Shown: positions 165,301 through 177,384, counted from the first letter of the stretch. The stretch is DNA of 248,000 bases from Andalucia godoyi And28 (GCA_009859145.1 VRVR01000021.1:20001-268000), one strand, 5' to 3'. Notes: generated from the sequence alone by a model not told the origin. Made by a program: numbers and translations.

Positions 165301-165498
165301 TCGGTTGCATCTGCTTTTGCACCTGCCACGAACACTACTGCTGCACCCGCTGCAGCCATTCCGCTTGCATCAGTCCCCGTGCATCCGGCAACCACCACCA
165401 GCCGGGCGAACGCCGCACCACCGCCACCACTACCCAGAGTGCCACGGGGGGCTCCCATCAGTACACACCACATTACCACCAGCTCTCGCCGAATCTAG
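162388..165498 (+). CDS. Protein with a QT-motif array and C-terminal coiled coil
   Basis: Many xxQT/xTQx motifs, then heptads. Confidence 0.65.
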   Translation: MLTNWSTNVQGRKRKEKRKRKKGKMDRLKLDSFDLLQSFSAFSTHSASALSLLKASISTSLIDSHLKNAHIPSASTMAFVAGSIGAAAITTRTILSLRNRHSRHSHRSLSSEAHSVSSFSAGIPKISMSPRKFRVSRSMQTEKNADQAGAIIDVSQEVADSPGSRLLDSHAQYEWEWFCREAISQTDFGCKVAHADECTMTADRAELFVDSQTNTSCLDFQSPASVQTENATVCDTAFQAGCAMEDGETQVSFIVSDFVMQTENQLQCSGSVQTEERISRSGHTQTTHAETMSIPVQTVHSETANQDVQVECESSNAICQAGFAAFELQTIASQTSTAEMTVDQHCQIASELQEAASQNCGPDMRDTGVSVMCEMLEMFMQTSMDVQHADAQCSVMTCEASCDPCLARMVNSSTQVCCEALDRGTQAECEMEDSGLQYSPETHEIATGSDEACCRMNNGCQVSAQDEDAECQVNILPIVSDADCQSETYQMHSMNSQTAVSHFSMADGSTQYETGMAQDVNEADDELSRTVYLVIRSDSETQTDTTALNAFPPLHGSLPLDSSVGILSSSTHSSVIHNPLSSVGAAADVFTPMSDRHRTIGMDDLGEASTSPESVFSVRSDLSERSSPQLKAGLQFYKTRQQELEANRAKIMCTLKDTIRENDELKKEVEKLKIRLAFLEAKRSPSLAYGNHNYCHHSSNNSSNLSMANASVIDTSFVLPSDLSMSMLQSPPIASRREMDQRADIMMQTIQQLQQTISHLEQELASRNAVFIEKEAQLLRVRDRDDVIARENRSLKEKVDKMESDKAHDVKRIQELQRQVAAIVNKVEMLTNSLEEVSRDRESILAKSRTVEAETEREKAVRLEILQKVESLEVENNHLKAMVEQHQVERQQLIHHAQQNLVMDENLVEFARNSKKSIKIYQDLKDQIRVLSEENQRLKAQAHHLRENHRKKSLEEKENGAVALQAKRAVASVASAFAPATNTTAAPAAAIPLASVPVHPATTTSRANAAPPPPLPRVPRGAPISTHHITTSSRRI

Positions 165499-165721
165499 GT
165501 TTTCGGCATGAGCCTTTTTCGTACAGATAGCGTATTCTTCTCTTCTTCTGCTGTTTGCTATTGTAGTTTGTTTTTGCTTGCTACGCTTTCTGAACACCCC
165601 ACATTCATTTATATCCTTGTATGTTTTTTGAATAGTAACTTAAAAATCTGAAAAAATAGAAGGAAAAAAAAAACAGAAAAACAAAAAATACAATGCAACT
165701 CTAATGTTTAATCACGCATCA

Positions 165722-166375
165722 TCAGTCGTGCTCGTCGTGTGGCGCCTTGCTCTTCTTCTCCTTCTTGGGAAACTCCTTGTCGGCCAGTCCAAGGAGTGAG
165801 TAATCGAAACCAAAGACCCATTTCAGCACAGAGGCATATGTGCTCTTAATCGCGTCTGGATCTGCATTGTGGAAAAGCGTCATGATGACAGCAAGTCCCA
165901 TTGCAAAGATGAGAATGGAGTATCCCGGAACCACAGGAAGCCGAAGGAACCGATACACCAGTTCGAGGAACCGAGGAATACAGTACACTGCCAGCTCCGA
166001 TCGTCGTGACGCACGTTCAATTTCCACGGACTGCGCACACAAAAACCCGGCAATCAGCGCTTGCCATTGATCATCCTTGTTTCGCAGACCTCGTATCTTA
166101 CACAGCACATAGCAAAACAAGGACACGAATGTCGACAGGAACGATGCAGACCGGATTGTGGCTTTCAGACAATGAAGAAGACCCTTTGGGCTAAGCTTTC
166201 TAAATCGGAACAGCAGCGTAGGAACAAAATGGATAGGTGCATACAGCTTGAGCATTTCGGGAAACACGTCCACAAACACTTGCAACGACCGATACAAGTC
166301 ACGACCTCCGTAAATCCGCTTATTGTCTATGAAAACCCCGGGAGAAATCACAAAATCTGTCATTTCCCCGCTCAC
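165722..166375 (-). CDS. TMEM135/PXMP4-like (Tim17 family) membrane protein
   Basis: RSASFLSTFV and IERASRRSELAVYCIPR. Confidence 0.75.
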   Translation of the reverse strand: MSGEMTDFVISPGVFIDNKRIYGGRDLYRSLQVFVDVFPEMLKLYAPIHFVPTLLFRFRKLSPKGLLHCLKATIRSASFLSTFVSLFCYVLCKIRGLRNKDDQWQALIAGFLCAQSVEIERASRRSELAVYCIPRFLELVYRFLRLPVVPGYSILIFAMGLAVIMTLFHNADPDAIKSTYASVLKWVFGFDYSLLGLADKEFPKKEKKSKAPHDEHD

Positions 166376-166918
166376 TCACTCTCGTGCACACGCCCTCCGT
166401 TGCTCGATTCTCGCCTAATAAATAAATAACGAACAAAATAAACAAGTACACAGTCGAACGAACGAACGAACAGAAGACGGAGATTGCTGATCGATCGATC
166501 AAACTGCCCTCGGTGCGTTTTTTTACGACTGGTGTCACGGTACCTTACTTTGTGATTCAACATTTTGGGAATTTCTGTTTTGTGATCTGTGTGGTTTTTA
166601 AACAACAACCAACCAAACAAACCAACAATCGCAAAACGGAAAGAAGAAAAGAAAGAAAAGAAAGAAAAAAGAAGAAAAGTATTCATAAGCGCGCCAAGAA
166701 GAGTGTCTCAGTGGAACGCAACGGATCGGCTGCTGATGTAACGACTGGTGACGATCCAGAATCTTGATTGGGTTATTTGCATTTCAATATTTATCGTTTG
166801 ATTTTATTATATATATTCGCCCCCCTTTTTTTTCTATTTGGGGAGGTTTCTTTTCTGGCATCGTTGCTCCAATTTGGGTTTTCTACTTGTCTGATTGTTG
166901 GAAGGCGCTTTCACATGC

Positions 166919-168510
166919 ATGGCGGAAGAAGAGACGACTGACAAGAAGCGACTGATTCCAAAGATCAAGCAGACTCCGTCGGATCAGATCAGGTCTTTTC
167001 TCTTGGCGTTCGCGTTACTTCAGGCGTGTTTTATTACTGTGTTCTCGTGGTCATCTGCCATATGTTCCTGCTCTCCAACCTTTGAATTCATGTGGATGGT
167101 CACTACGCAGTCCTCCAACCCTCAGCCTCTCAATCCAGATGCTGTTCCGTATCATCTTATTCCAGATGATTACGTTGCATTTATGCGGGCGTTTATTGGA
167201 AATGCCACTATCGGTGCTTCAGACAATGCGTCCAGGGTGATGAAAGCGGCGGCGTATGCATCGTTGTTCGAATTCTCCGTTGTTTCATGCAGCAAACCGT
167301 ATGTATTCCGTTTTTTTCTGACGCACTCGCTAGAAGCGTTGCTCATGAAGCCCTCTCTCTTGATTCAGTGCCATGCATAGGGATGTTGTTGTTGTTGATG
167401 ATGATGATATCTGGATGTCGATGCTAACGTTGATCTCCCCTTTTCTTCTTTTTATGCAGCTCACTCACGGATCCAGATTGCTCGCTGGTGATTTCCATGC
167501 CGTTGGACAGAGCCGCGAGCCTACTTTGCAATAATGGGTACGAGCACTGCGGTGCGTGGAAGTCCTTTGCTACGGTTTCGAGTACAGCCTGGTTGGCTTT
167601 GGTCTTTGGAGCAAATGGGATTAATTTGGTTGTGATTGGCATGTGGCTGATTTACTGTTATTACTGTCGACAACTGTACTTTGCGGATCAAGCCAATCAC
167701 GATGTGCTCTTCGGGTTCATGAAGAAAATTCGAAAATCTCTCATTCTTCTGGCGTTTCTGGTGGTCTTAGGAAGCGTCTTTACCGTTGGCACTCTCCTGT
167801 ATTGGGTGCTCAGCTCTGAATTCGATTCCCTTTGTCCACCTCGACTGGTTAACGGTTTCTTGGTTGGGTTTCAAGAAGGATGGGCAGTACCGGTGGCTTC
167901 GACAGGCGCGGGTGTGCAGTTGATATTTTTTGTTTTTTTGTGTGTGTCCATTCGGTTCATGAGTGTCCGCATGCAGCAGTTTGAGGAGACCGAGTACTGT
168001 GCAGATGTGGAAACAAACAGAGTCCGTATGACAGAGCGAGATGCGCAGCGCTCCGAACTTGCTAAGCGCGAATGTGAAGAAACACGAGTTCCTGGTGCAA
168101 TGACATCAATGTTCCTTGGATTTCCAATATTTAGAAAACCCATGGATCCGCTTCCGCCTCCGCCTGGTCGTGTGGCTCGTCGATCGAATGGAGATGTTTT
168201 CGGGAGTGATGCAGCAGGACGGACGTACGACGCAAAGCCGAGTGCACCCACAGTCGCACCCGTAGTCGCCAATCGGTATGAAGAGGATGCTTCGATGGCC
168301 GCCTCGTCGAGGGCGTCAACCTGGAGCTCATCCCGGCCGGATGCAGCCGCCTTTTCGCGGATGACCCCATCTTCTTGCTTGCAACCGTTGAACGTGAATC
168401 CGGAAGCCCACTATGTGTATCCGAGAAGAAACCAAACTCCCCACCGATCCGTAGGCATTCAGCCACCTGTGGTTGCCGACAAAACTCCACGCGGCGTTCA
168501 GCAGATATGA
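166919..168510 (+). CDS. Four-TM (claudin/amastin-like) membrane protein, one intron
   Basis: ORFs 166895 and 167488 join in frame via a GTATGT...TGCAG intron. Confidence 0.5.
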
Positions 168511-169048
168511 GATGACGCCGTCGTTGGTGCTGTTGTTGCTGTTGTTGCTGTTGTTGCTATAAAAGACATGTTGTACAGTATGTGAATGTGCTTGGCAATC
168601 GAAGTCTTCTCTCATCTCTCTCTCTCTCTCTCTTTCTCTCTATCTATCTATCTATGTTTCCATCCATCCATCCATCTATCTACTCCGACTTCACGGGGGG
168701 AATCCCAAAAACGGTGATTTCAAGTTCTTGAAGTGTCCCGTGACTCGTGATCAAACGCCTGCGACGTTTGTCGCATCTCTCAAAAGCCGGACGACAACGA
168801 ATAAGCACTTCCACTTCCGCATTCGTCACATCAGGACGTTGGAATAACAACACAATTGATTGTGCGTGATATCACCAGCATCCCACACGGATATTTTGGA
168901 ACCCTCCTATAGACCCCTACCGCATTTGGTGTCCAACGACTGAAGCCCCTCCATCTCATCCTGTGTTTTTTCTTCTTTCTTTCCACTTGTGCGGCTTGCT
169001 GTTTTTCTGATCACCGTCTGAGGTTCTCCTTCCTCTCCTTTGTTGCTG

Positions 169049-169092
<44 letters not shown>

Positions 169093-169180
169093 CGCTCGCT
169101 CTCTTTTCTCTCCGTCTTTCTTTTACACCCACGCGCGCACATTCTTGTTATTAGCTGGTGACATTTTAGTGCCATGCAAC

Positions 169181-170158
169181 ATGGGTTCATCACATTCGAC
169201 TGCCAAGATTAAGCGTAGCTCCTCCTTTCACACTCGTCGTCAGCCTGAGCGCCACTTGTCGAAGCCAGAAGCATTGGACGTTTCTACAGGATTCCTCTCT
169301 ACGTCCCTGTCCGATCATGATTTGCAATATGCTTCTGCACAGATTGTGGATTCAAGCGTGGAGTCTGCGACAGGCGCTCTTTTTGTTGTTAAGCAGCGCT
169401 CTGGGCTGATTTGGAAGCTCCGAACCATGTTTTCGTTCAAGTCATCCAAGATCGCCGTACTGGAGTACAAGGATATGGAAGTACTGAAATTCGAAAGTGC
169501 GTGTCAGCAGCTGGAGGATGACATGTCGGATGGGTATCGGTCCGATGTGCAGTCTCCAAAGCCTGGACAGACGCCAACGATGCTGCGCCACGCAGACTCG
169601 CCAGCCTCCTCAACGTACAGCTCAACAATGGAGGCGAGTGGCTCAACAAAATCCGCGAAACGCACCATTCCTGATTCCGTGAAGAAGGCTCGTAGACGAA
169701 AGCGCTCGAGCCGAGTGTTTCCTTCTGCAGATGATTTGGACGGATTTGAGCAGGGGACTCCGGCGTTCGGCAGTTCATGTGCTGCAACTCCTGGAAAAGC
169801 CAACACAGCCGAGGGAACACCAAAGCCTTGCCTGAAGCGAGTTCGCTCTACATCGAGCATCGTCTCCCCGTTTGTTCGCCAGCGCTCGGAACTTCGCAGA
169901 TGCGACAAGCGATTCACTCTCGAATCTGAAGTGATTGATATCACTCACATGATTGATCAGGATGCGCTGCGTCAGCGTCAATTCACTGCTCCTGTGGTCC
170001 AGGAGCGCATCATTGTTCGCGTATCTGATCATCATCATCGCAGCATTGTCGGCTTCAAGGAAGAATTGGAACAGAATCGCACCTTCAAAAAGCACCATCC
170101 CGCGTCCATTGTTTCCGTGTTCGCGACAGCTCCCGTCTCGCCGTGCACTCGTGGATGA
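169181..170158 (+). CDS. Hypothetical protein, probable myristoylated (MGSSHS)
   Basis: In-frame ATG at 169181. Confidence 0.45.
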   Translation: MGSSHSTAKIKRSSSFHTRRQPERHLSKPEALDVSTGFLSTSLSDHDLQYASAQIVDSSVESATGALFVVKQRSGLIWKLRTMFSFKSSKIAVLEYKDMEVLKFESACQQLEDDMSDGYRSDVQSPKPGQTPTMLRHADSPASSTYSSTMEASGSTKSAKRTIPDSVKKARRRKRSSRVFPSADDLDGFEQGTPAFGSSCAATPGKANTAEGTPKPCLKRVRSTSSIVSPFVRQRSELRRCDKRFTLESEVIDITHMIDQDALRQRQFTAPVVQERIIVRVSDHHHRSIVGFKEELEQNRTFKKHHPASIVSVFATAPVSPCTRG

Positions 170159-170463
170159 CCGCGATTCTCGTTTTCTTTTTCCAACAAAAAACCCTGTCGC
170201 GCATATGTATATGTCCGTTTTATGTAATTTAGGAATTCGTTTGTATATTTGTATATTGTGTTCACTGTGTTCGTATTTGGCTATTTTTTAATTTAATTTT
170301 AATTTATTTTTAATTTTTAACTTAATTTTAATTCAGTAACTAATTACGTTGTGCAGCGTAGGAAAATTACGACATTTACGACATCTTTGCTGCAGTACCG
170401 GGTCTCTTCTTGCCTCGACTGCAAAACACACACAACAATCATATTATTTGATTCCAGCCTTCA

Positions 170464-171093
170464 TTACGAAGATGCAGGCTGGCGAATCGTCTTGAGGGCA
170501 GTGGTCCATTTCAGCAGCTCATTAATCATGACATCGGCCGATTTCTCGTGGATAGGAAGAGGGGTGAACAAGTCTTCCTGCACCATCGGAAAGACATTTG
170601 GAATTGCAACGGCCTCCATGATAGGGACAATCTTCAGAGAAGTCAACAGCGTCTTCACATCCTGCACCGACCGGATTCCTCCAGACATACCTCCGTAGCT
170701 CACAAAGCCCGCTGCTTTATAGTTCCATTCGCCGTAGAGATAGTCCAAAGCGTTAATCAACGTCGCTGGAGCACAAAAATTGTACTCCGGCACCACGAAC
170801 ACAAATGCATCGGACCGATCCACCGTCCTCGCCCACGCCTTCGTGTGTTCTTTTGTGTACTTTTTCAAGCTTGGATGGTTCGGCTCGTCGAGGAAAGGAA
170901 GATTCACCTCTGCCAAATCTGCAACTTGCACGTTGAACTTCCCGTTCTTTGTTGCGTAGTCGATGAACCACTTTCCAACAGGCAGACCAACGCGGCCAGG
171001 GCGAGTACTCGCGATGATGATAGTCAGAACAGGAAGCGACATCTGTTGCACGTTGCTGCTTTTTTCCTCACGCAAAAAACACAGTTTAAAGAG

Positions 171094-171120
<27 letters not shown>
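170464..171120 (-). CDS. NADPH-dependent FMN reductase (bacterial type); start probably MSLPV
   Basis: STRPGRVG, VPEYN, NALDYL and VSYGGMSGG.RSV. Confidence 0.92.
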
Positions 171121-171124
<4 letters not shown>

Positions 171125-171503
171125 GCCAGTTTATTATTTATTCTCCAGACTCGAAAAAGAACCCGGAAACAAAAGCCCCATTGAGCAGGAAAATGCTTCT
171201 ACACATCACTTGAACGGAAAGCGCAGATGCCCAGGATTCAGATCGCGTCGCAGCAGACAAGAAGCAGACGACACCCGGAGCCCCCCTGCTACTAGTACTG
171301 AACCATTTCCATTTTCCAGTGCGACTCCCTTTTTTTTGTTTTTTGTTGTTTTTTGTTTTTGGCCATGTCCGACGACGCGTGGGGAAGCCAGCGAAAGACA
171401 GGAATACTCCAGGAGATGGAAAAAAAAAGGCATTATTTTACCAATACCCGTATATACGGGTTTGTGAACAGGTGCGGCAGCAGGTGAAAAACAAAAAACA
171501 AGG

Positions 171504-172106
171504 TTAACTTCGGATTGTTTTCAGTGCGGTGGTCCATTTCACAAGCTCGTCCAGCATCTTGTCTGCGGCGAGTCCGACAGCAGCATCGGCGGGAGTGAAC
171601 ACGCCGTCCTTGACCTGCGGGAAGACCATAGGCAGCGCGACTGCCTCGACTAACGGAACCATTTTGAACGTCGTGAGCATGGTTTTGAGGTCCTGAACAG
171701 CTCGGATGCCACCGGACATTCCACCATAACTGACGAACCCGGCTGGTTTGTAGTTCCATTCAAGATAAAGATAGTCTAGTGCATTGACCAGAGTAGCCGG
171801 TGCAGAGAAGTTGTATTCGGGAATCACAAACACAAATGCATCCGACTCGGAGACAATCTTTGCCCACGTCTTGGTGTGCTCCTTGGTGTACTTTTGCGCC
171901 ATTGGATGGTTCGGCTCGTCGAAAAACGGCAGGTTCAGTTCGGCCAAGTCGGTCACTTTGACAGAGAACTTTCCATGGTTCTGTGCATACTGCGAAAACC
172001 ACGTGCCAACAGGAAGACCAACGCGGCCCGGCCGAGTACTTGCGATGACGACGTTCAGAACAAAGGTCGATGTCATTTTTTTTCCCTTTTTCTTCTTCCA
172101 CGGCAA
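171504..172106 (-). CDS. NADPH-dependent FMN reductase, tandem paralogue
   Basis: Same motifs; closely similar to the 170464 protein. Confidence 0.92.
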   Translation of the reverse strand: MPWKKKKGKKMTSTFVLNVVIASTRPGRVGLPVGTWFSQYAQNHGKFSVKVTDLAELNLPFFDEPNHPMAQKYTKEHTKTWAKIVSESDAFVFVIPEYNFSAPATLVNALDYLYLEWNYKPAGFVSYGGMSGGIRAVQDLKTMLTTFKMVPLVEAVALPMVFPQVKDGVFTPADAAVGLAADKMLDELVKWTTALKTIRS

Positions 172107-173177
172107 ATGAATTGCTTCTCACCAGGGAATCAGTCAATGTGTTAAAAAAAGAACCAGAAAGAAGGAAGAAGAAAGAAGAGAGAAGAGAGAAGAGAGAAGA
172201 GAGAAGGAAAGAAGGAAAGACGGAAAGAAAGAAATAAGAAGAATGAATTATATACAAAGAGCGACAGTCTAGATGGTCGCGGTCTCTTCAACGGAATCCG
172301 CACGTCATTGCACGAGTTTTCGGCATTAAAACGGCATTAGATTGACCCATGTGTGCCCGATATAGTCATGAATCGTGACAAACTGTCACGGAATCTTTCG
172401 TTTCTTGTCGGGGAAAAATGAAAAAACCCGCGTTGACATAGTTCCGATGTCTCCGAGCGGGAGCAGATTGATTTTCTTTATCGCCGACAAACGACTTTGG
172501 GGGCGAGCATGGTGGGGAACGGACGCTTGCAAAAGACTCGCATGGGGTTTTGGACTGCTGGTTTGCGAAGATCGTCTTTTTTTTTTTTTCTTTTTCTTTT
172601 TTCCGGACACAATCATGGTGATGGTCTGTGGTGCTTTGCCATCGATCTTGGTAGCATTTGCGTGTCCTTCAGTATTGTGTGAAGCCCCAGTGCCAAGCCT
172701 GCAGTGCCGAGTGGCTCCACGCTCCACTCCCAAGTCGAAGCAGAGGGTCAGAGAGTCAGGGCGACAGATCGGCAATGTTTCTTCGTTGGCTGGTTTCACG
172801 GCCATTCCACAGAAGCAAGCAAGCAGATACGGGGGAAGAAGTTCTCTAAGAGCGGTGTACGAGCAATATGCGGAATGGCACTGGACGCACGGGGAGGCTG
172901 GACTTCCTCCTCAGTCTGCTTGGATCCAGCTTCTTTTTGCATGCGAGCTGCTGCCGGAAAGACTGTGCATGCTGAAGAGGCGGGACTGGAATCTTCATTC
173001 TGCTTTCGCCAAATCCGGAAACTTCGAAAACGAAAGACAGGAATCGTGCATCCCCCAAACGAACCAACACGCTGGAGGACCGCGCCTTTCTCTTCTGTCT
173101 TCTGTTTTCTGTTTTCTGTTTTCTGTTTTCTGTTATGGCCATTGTTTGTGAAAACAGCAAAGGTGTACGTTTTGAAC

Positions 173178-173846
173178 ATGGGTTCGTCAAAGAGCAAGCA
173201 CAGAAAGCCGACGTTCCTGGAAACAGGGAGTCGCTCCAAGCAGCAACGTACCGCTGTTCCAAAGCGAAGCAAAAGTCGAATCTTCCCCGAGCGCTCCGCG
173301 CTAGCGAATCAACTTGACAGTCCACGAAGATGCACAAGGATCGGAGATCACAATCAGCGGATGGACCGAGAGCACAAATTTGTTCTTCCAGCGCTGTCGG
173401 AAATCCATGATCATTTGGATGTACTGTGGCTCTTGAAAAAGGGTCAGAGACAAATGATGCTGGAACAAGAAGACGTTGGTTTACTATGCGAAGATCGAGA
173501 CGGACTAACCGTCATGAACGGCATGCTGGACGCGGCCGATTTCCTCTGCTCTTCTTGCTCAACAGACAGTTCGTTGCTTACTTCTCGCAACACCATGTGC
173601 AGGACTGTTTCGCCAGACACTGCTTTCGACACTTCGGGGAAGTCTCTGCATTTCTCGGAACGAAATTTGTTGGAAGCAAAAGACTGGAAGCTGCTATCCA
173701 GTCAGCGTGATGGGGCGAAAGAAGGTCATCTGACTGCAAAACCAAGCAAACAGTCCGAAGTCGTTTGCATTCCGCTGGCCTTCAACAGGCAATCCACCGT
173801 CCGCTCGCAATGGTGCCGAGTGGCAGTTTGTCAATTGCACGTATAG
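173178..173846 (+). CDS. Hypothetical protein, probable myristoylated (MGSSKSK)
   Basis: In-frame ATG at 173178. Confidence 0.4.
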   Translation: MGSSKSKHRKPTFLETGSRSKQQRTAVPKRSKSRIFPERSALANQLDSPRRCTRIGDHNQRMDREHKFVLPALSEIHDHLDVLWLLKKGQRQMMLEQEDVGLLCEDRDGLTVMNGMLDAADFLCSSCSTDSSLLTSRNTMCRTVSPDTAFDTSGKSLHFSERNLLEAKDWKLLSSQRDGAKEGHLTAKPSKQSEVVCIPLAFNRQSTVRSQWCRVAVCQLHV

Positions 173847-174281
173847 TCTTCTACCTCTTCCATTCCACAGCAGAGGCATCCAGCCCTGCTCCAAATCCAG
173901 TCCACCAGACGCATTCCCCGCCTGGATTCCAACGACAGCAGCAAAGCAAATTCGGCATAAATTCTTGCGATCTTGGGCTGCTGGCACAGCTTCGCGCTCG
174001 CATCAGCTCCCTGTTCAGCCGTCCTTCTTTGTAAGCCTGAACATTCCGTATCTGTATGACATAAACGGCGCAATCTTCTGTCATCTTTTCCTTGTGCTTC
174101 GACCACTGGAAAACCGTGTGCTGATGCTGCCGGACCTTGTTAACCGTTGCTTGCACAACTGGAGAGCTCTTGTTTTCTGCATGCATCCCTCTGCATCGAC
174201 GCACGTTCTCCATCGAGGCCACAACGCATGTGCGTGTATATGTGAACTGCGAAGTCTAGAGCCCCCCTCTGCCTTTTCTTT

Positions 174282-174351
<70 letters not shown>

Positions 174352-174902
174352 TCTCTCTTCTACTTCTCTTTCTTTGAGGTTTCTCTATCGCAAGTCCTGC
174401 CCACAACGTCTGCTTCCAAGCCGACGCGTTGTTGCATCATCAAAATGCTGCTGTCTTCTTCGCAACCCAAAGAGTCATTGATCCCGCGGAAACCAACGAT
174501 CTGGTCTTCCATGTTCGCCACAAGCTGTCCGGAATACATGAGGCAAATTGCACTCACAAACGCTCTGCAGCAACAGGAAGTCGCTGCTTCCAGTAACGAC
174601 CGATGTATCGCTTCTCATCTCGGTGTTCCGAAGCTCTATAGCTCTTTGTTCTTCACCTCATTATCGACAATTGAGCGTACTGTCCATTCCATCTCGTGAC
174701 GGTCATGCAAGCCGGTTGGTATCAAACGAACGAGCGTGAACTCTGCTGTGCACGGAGACATCCAGCGTTTTCAACAATCTCTCTCGTGCTCTCTACCTGC
174801 TGTCATATGAACCCCATTGCATGCTGTTGACGGGAAAATAAAGAGAAGCGTACAAGCACCCGGAAAGTAACGAGCCCACGAACACCAGCCCCTCAAGGAT
174901 GA

Positions 174903-175364
174903 TTACTTCTTTGAAATTCTCGTTCGCAAATCCTCCTGGATGGAGCCCATCATCTCTTCATGCGCATGCTTCGCGGTGCTCAATACATACCAGCGAGTTA
175001 GATACGGTGCAGAGAACGACACATTTTCCACAAGTTTGAGCGACCCATCTGACACCAATAACGTGATATCCGAGTGAAGTGTCACAGGTCCGGACACGGT
175101 TTCATACAGCAACTTGTGCGCCGCAGAGTCGACGGTCAGCTTGGAACGTATCGCGATCGGAACCAGCCCGAAGAAAATATGCTCGGTAACTTCCAGGTCG
175201 TACTGATGCACCGATCCACGAGCGGAAGGACTTACGCACACCTTTCGCACCAGCGGTTGACGAGACGGAACGTAAGATGGCTCGCACAGCACATCCCAAA
175301 TCAGCTGTTGGTTTGACGAATCTCCACCCGCTACTTCTCTTTCGATCCTGAACGAAGAGCTCAT
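174903..175364 (-). CDS. SRPBCC/polyketide-cyclase-like small protein
   Basis: 153 aa; ENVSFSAPYLTRWYVLSTAKHAHEEMM resembles the DUF7053/SRPBCC fold. Confidence 0.55.
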   Translation of the reverse strand: MSSSFRIEREVAGGDSSNQQLIWDVLCEPSYVPSRQPLVRKVCVSPSARGSVHQYDLEVTEHIFFGLVPIAIRSKLTVDSAAHKLLYETVSGPVTLHSDITLLVSDGSLKLVENVSFSAPYLTRWYVLSTAKHAHEEMMGSIQEDLRTRISKK

Positions 175365-175508
175365 GCTCCTCTACTCCACACTCTTACACAACAGTACAAC
175401 CTCGTAAATAAAATAATTATAAAAATAAATACAATCACAAAATAAGAAGAAAAGACCAAAAGGATAACGATTATCGTCCTCGGCTCCCAGCGTGACTCGA
175501 ACAGTCGA

Positions 175509-176618
175509 TTGGTTTTTCAGACTTCTTCTTTCGCGGAGAACATTCCTGAAATTTCGAGTTTTCCGTTCTTTGTTTTGTTTTTGTTCCACTTTGCAGTTTG
175601 GTACTCGACACGCAGTACTCTGGAGGGCAGAAGACTGTGCATTCAAATGTGGGCAGAGCTGGGGCTGACGGTAGCATCGATTCCGCTTGTACTTTTGGGA
175701 GCAGTCTACTATTTTCAGGACCGAATTCTGTATCTTCCCCAGTTTCCACCGGGTTCCAGAGGTGTGCCGACAGTGACTCCGTTTGCAATAGCATCCTTGT
175801 ATGAGGATGTGCACTTGACGACGGCAGATGGAGTCAGTCTTCACGGATGGCTAATGCCCAAGCCAAACTCACCCTTCGTGCTCGTGTACTTCCACGGCAA
175901 CGCAGGAAACATTGCAAATCGACTGGTGATATTCCGCGAAATGCTGCAAGAAATTGGCTGCTCCGTTCTTGCAATTGATTATCGAGGATATGGAGCGTCG
176001 GATGGCGTCCCCAATGAAAAGGGGCTTCGGGAAGATGGACTTGCTGTCATGCAGTATCTGCAGTCTCATTCCGTCACGAAACACCAAGGAATCGTGCTTT
176101 ACGGACAGTCTCTTGGAGGCGGGGTGGCGTCGTTCCTTGCAGATACCTATCGAAGCGATTCTGTGCTAAAGGGTGTTATCTTGGAAAATACATTCTTGTC
176201 GATTCCAAAAATGGTCGGGGTTGTGTTTCCGTTGCTGAAGCCGGTTTCGTGGTTGGCCACAAACGTGTGGGACAACGAAAAACATGTCTCCTCGTTCACA
176301 GAGGACACAGCGGGGTTCAGCATGCTGTTCCTTGCTGGCGAGAAAGATGAGATAGTGCCGCATGACCAGATGAAGAAGCTGTACAGAGCTTGTGCGCTTT
176401 CAGAAGAAAATGGAAGAAAAACATGGGTATCGTTTCCTCGTGGAACACACAACGAAACGTGTTTGCTTCCAGGGTTCTATTCCAAGATTGCAGCATGGCT
176501 GAAGACGCTTGCGCAGTCCCATTCTCAGGCAACTTTCCCCCCCGCTGGTTCATCGACCATCGGAAGACGCAATGTGCATGGCGAGGGTGTTGTTTCTGGA
176601 AACGTGGACGTTGATTGA
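175509..176618 (+). CDS. ABHD13: ABHD13/BEM46 alpha/beta-hydrolase
   Basis: YFHGNAGNI, DYRGYG, GQSLGG, ENTFLSI, DEIVP and GTHNET. Confidence 0.9.
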   Translation: MVFQTSSFAENIPEISSFPFFVLFLFHFAVWYSTRSTLEGRRLCIQMWAELGLTVASIPLVLLGAVYYFQDRILYLPQFPPGSRGVPTVTPFAIASLYEDVHLTTADGVSLHGWLMPKPNSPFVLVYFHGNAGNIANRLVIFREMLQEIGCSVLAIDYRGYGASDGVPNEKGLREDGLAVMQYLQSHSVTKHQGIVLYGQSLGGGVASFLADTYRSDSVLKGVILENTFLSIPKMVGVVFPLLKPVSWLATNVWDNEKHVSSFTEDTAGFSMLFLAGEKDEIVPHDQMKKLYRACALSEENGRKTWVSFPRGTHNETCLLPGFYSKIAAWLKTLAQSHSQATFPPAGSSTIGRRNVHGEGVVSGNVDVD

Positions 176619-176784
176619 TCGCTTGTGTCATGTATCTTTGTTGATGTATATTCATTTTTCAATAAAGAAAAGAACTGCATGTACAATGCGCAATGGGCAA
176701 CGGGCACAAAGAAGAGCAGGCTACGCCGTTGGGGAGCACGAAGGAGCACGCTTGGCATGCAGATCATCTTTTTTTTATTAATTA

Positions 176785-177384
176785 TTACTCGGCATGCGAA
176801 TGACCGTTCGCGACGATTGTCTCTGGAATACGGGGCTCAGACGGTTGGTGATTCCGGGGCTGCAACAAGTGCTGGTACCTTGTCTTCAGCTCATAGTGCT
176901 CCACCTGTGCCTTGACAAAACCGCCAACACAAAGAGCAGCCATGACGATGGTCGTGCTCAGCGCTAGCGCCATGACAGCAATGAACATGATTCTGACTGA
177001 TGGATCTTGCTCCTGATCGCTGTCATCATCACCGGAATTGCTTGATGTGGCACCAAACGTTTCGATTTTTTTGTGCATTCGGTTGTCAATCTCGTCAAGT
177101 TCTGGATGAGTTGCAGGGTGGCCCATTGTTTGTTGTCGAAAATATTCCAGTATCGCAGACAGCCACATTCCGCCCGTTTCCTGGAGCTTGATCGACACAC
177201 TGTTGGTAGTTTCTGTCGCATAGTACCGAAAGCTTCTTCGTAGATCGGGTGCCATCATCACCCCCATCACCGCAATGATCACAAGAAACAACACAATCGA
177301 CCGCTGCCGAATCTGCTTGCTGTGCGTTCGCACATACACCCGATGGTACTCCTCGGGATGCCGATGCGGAATAGAACTAAACAT
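176785..177384 (-). CDS. Small two-TM hypothetical protein
   Basis: Two hydrophobic segments. Confidence 0.45.
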   Translation of the reverse strand: MFSSIPHRHPEEYHRVYVRTHSKQIRQRSIVLFLVIIAVMGVMMAPDLRRSFRYYATETTNSVSIKLQETGGMWLSAILEYFRQQTMGHPATHPELDEIDNRMHKKIETFGATSSNSGDDDSDQEQDPSVRIMFIAVMALALSTTIVMAALCVGGFVKAQVEHYELKTRYQHLLQPRNHQPSEPRIPETIVANGHSHAE

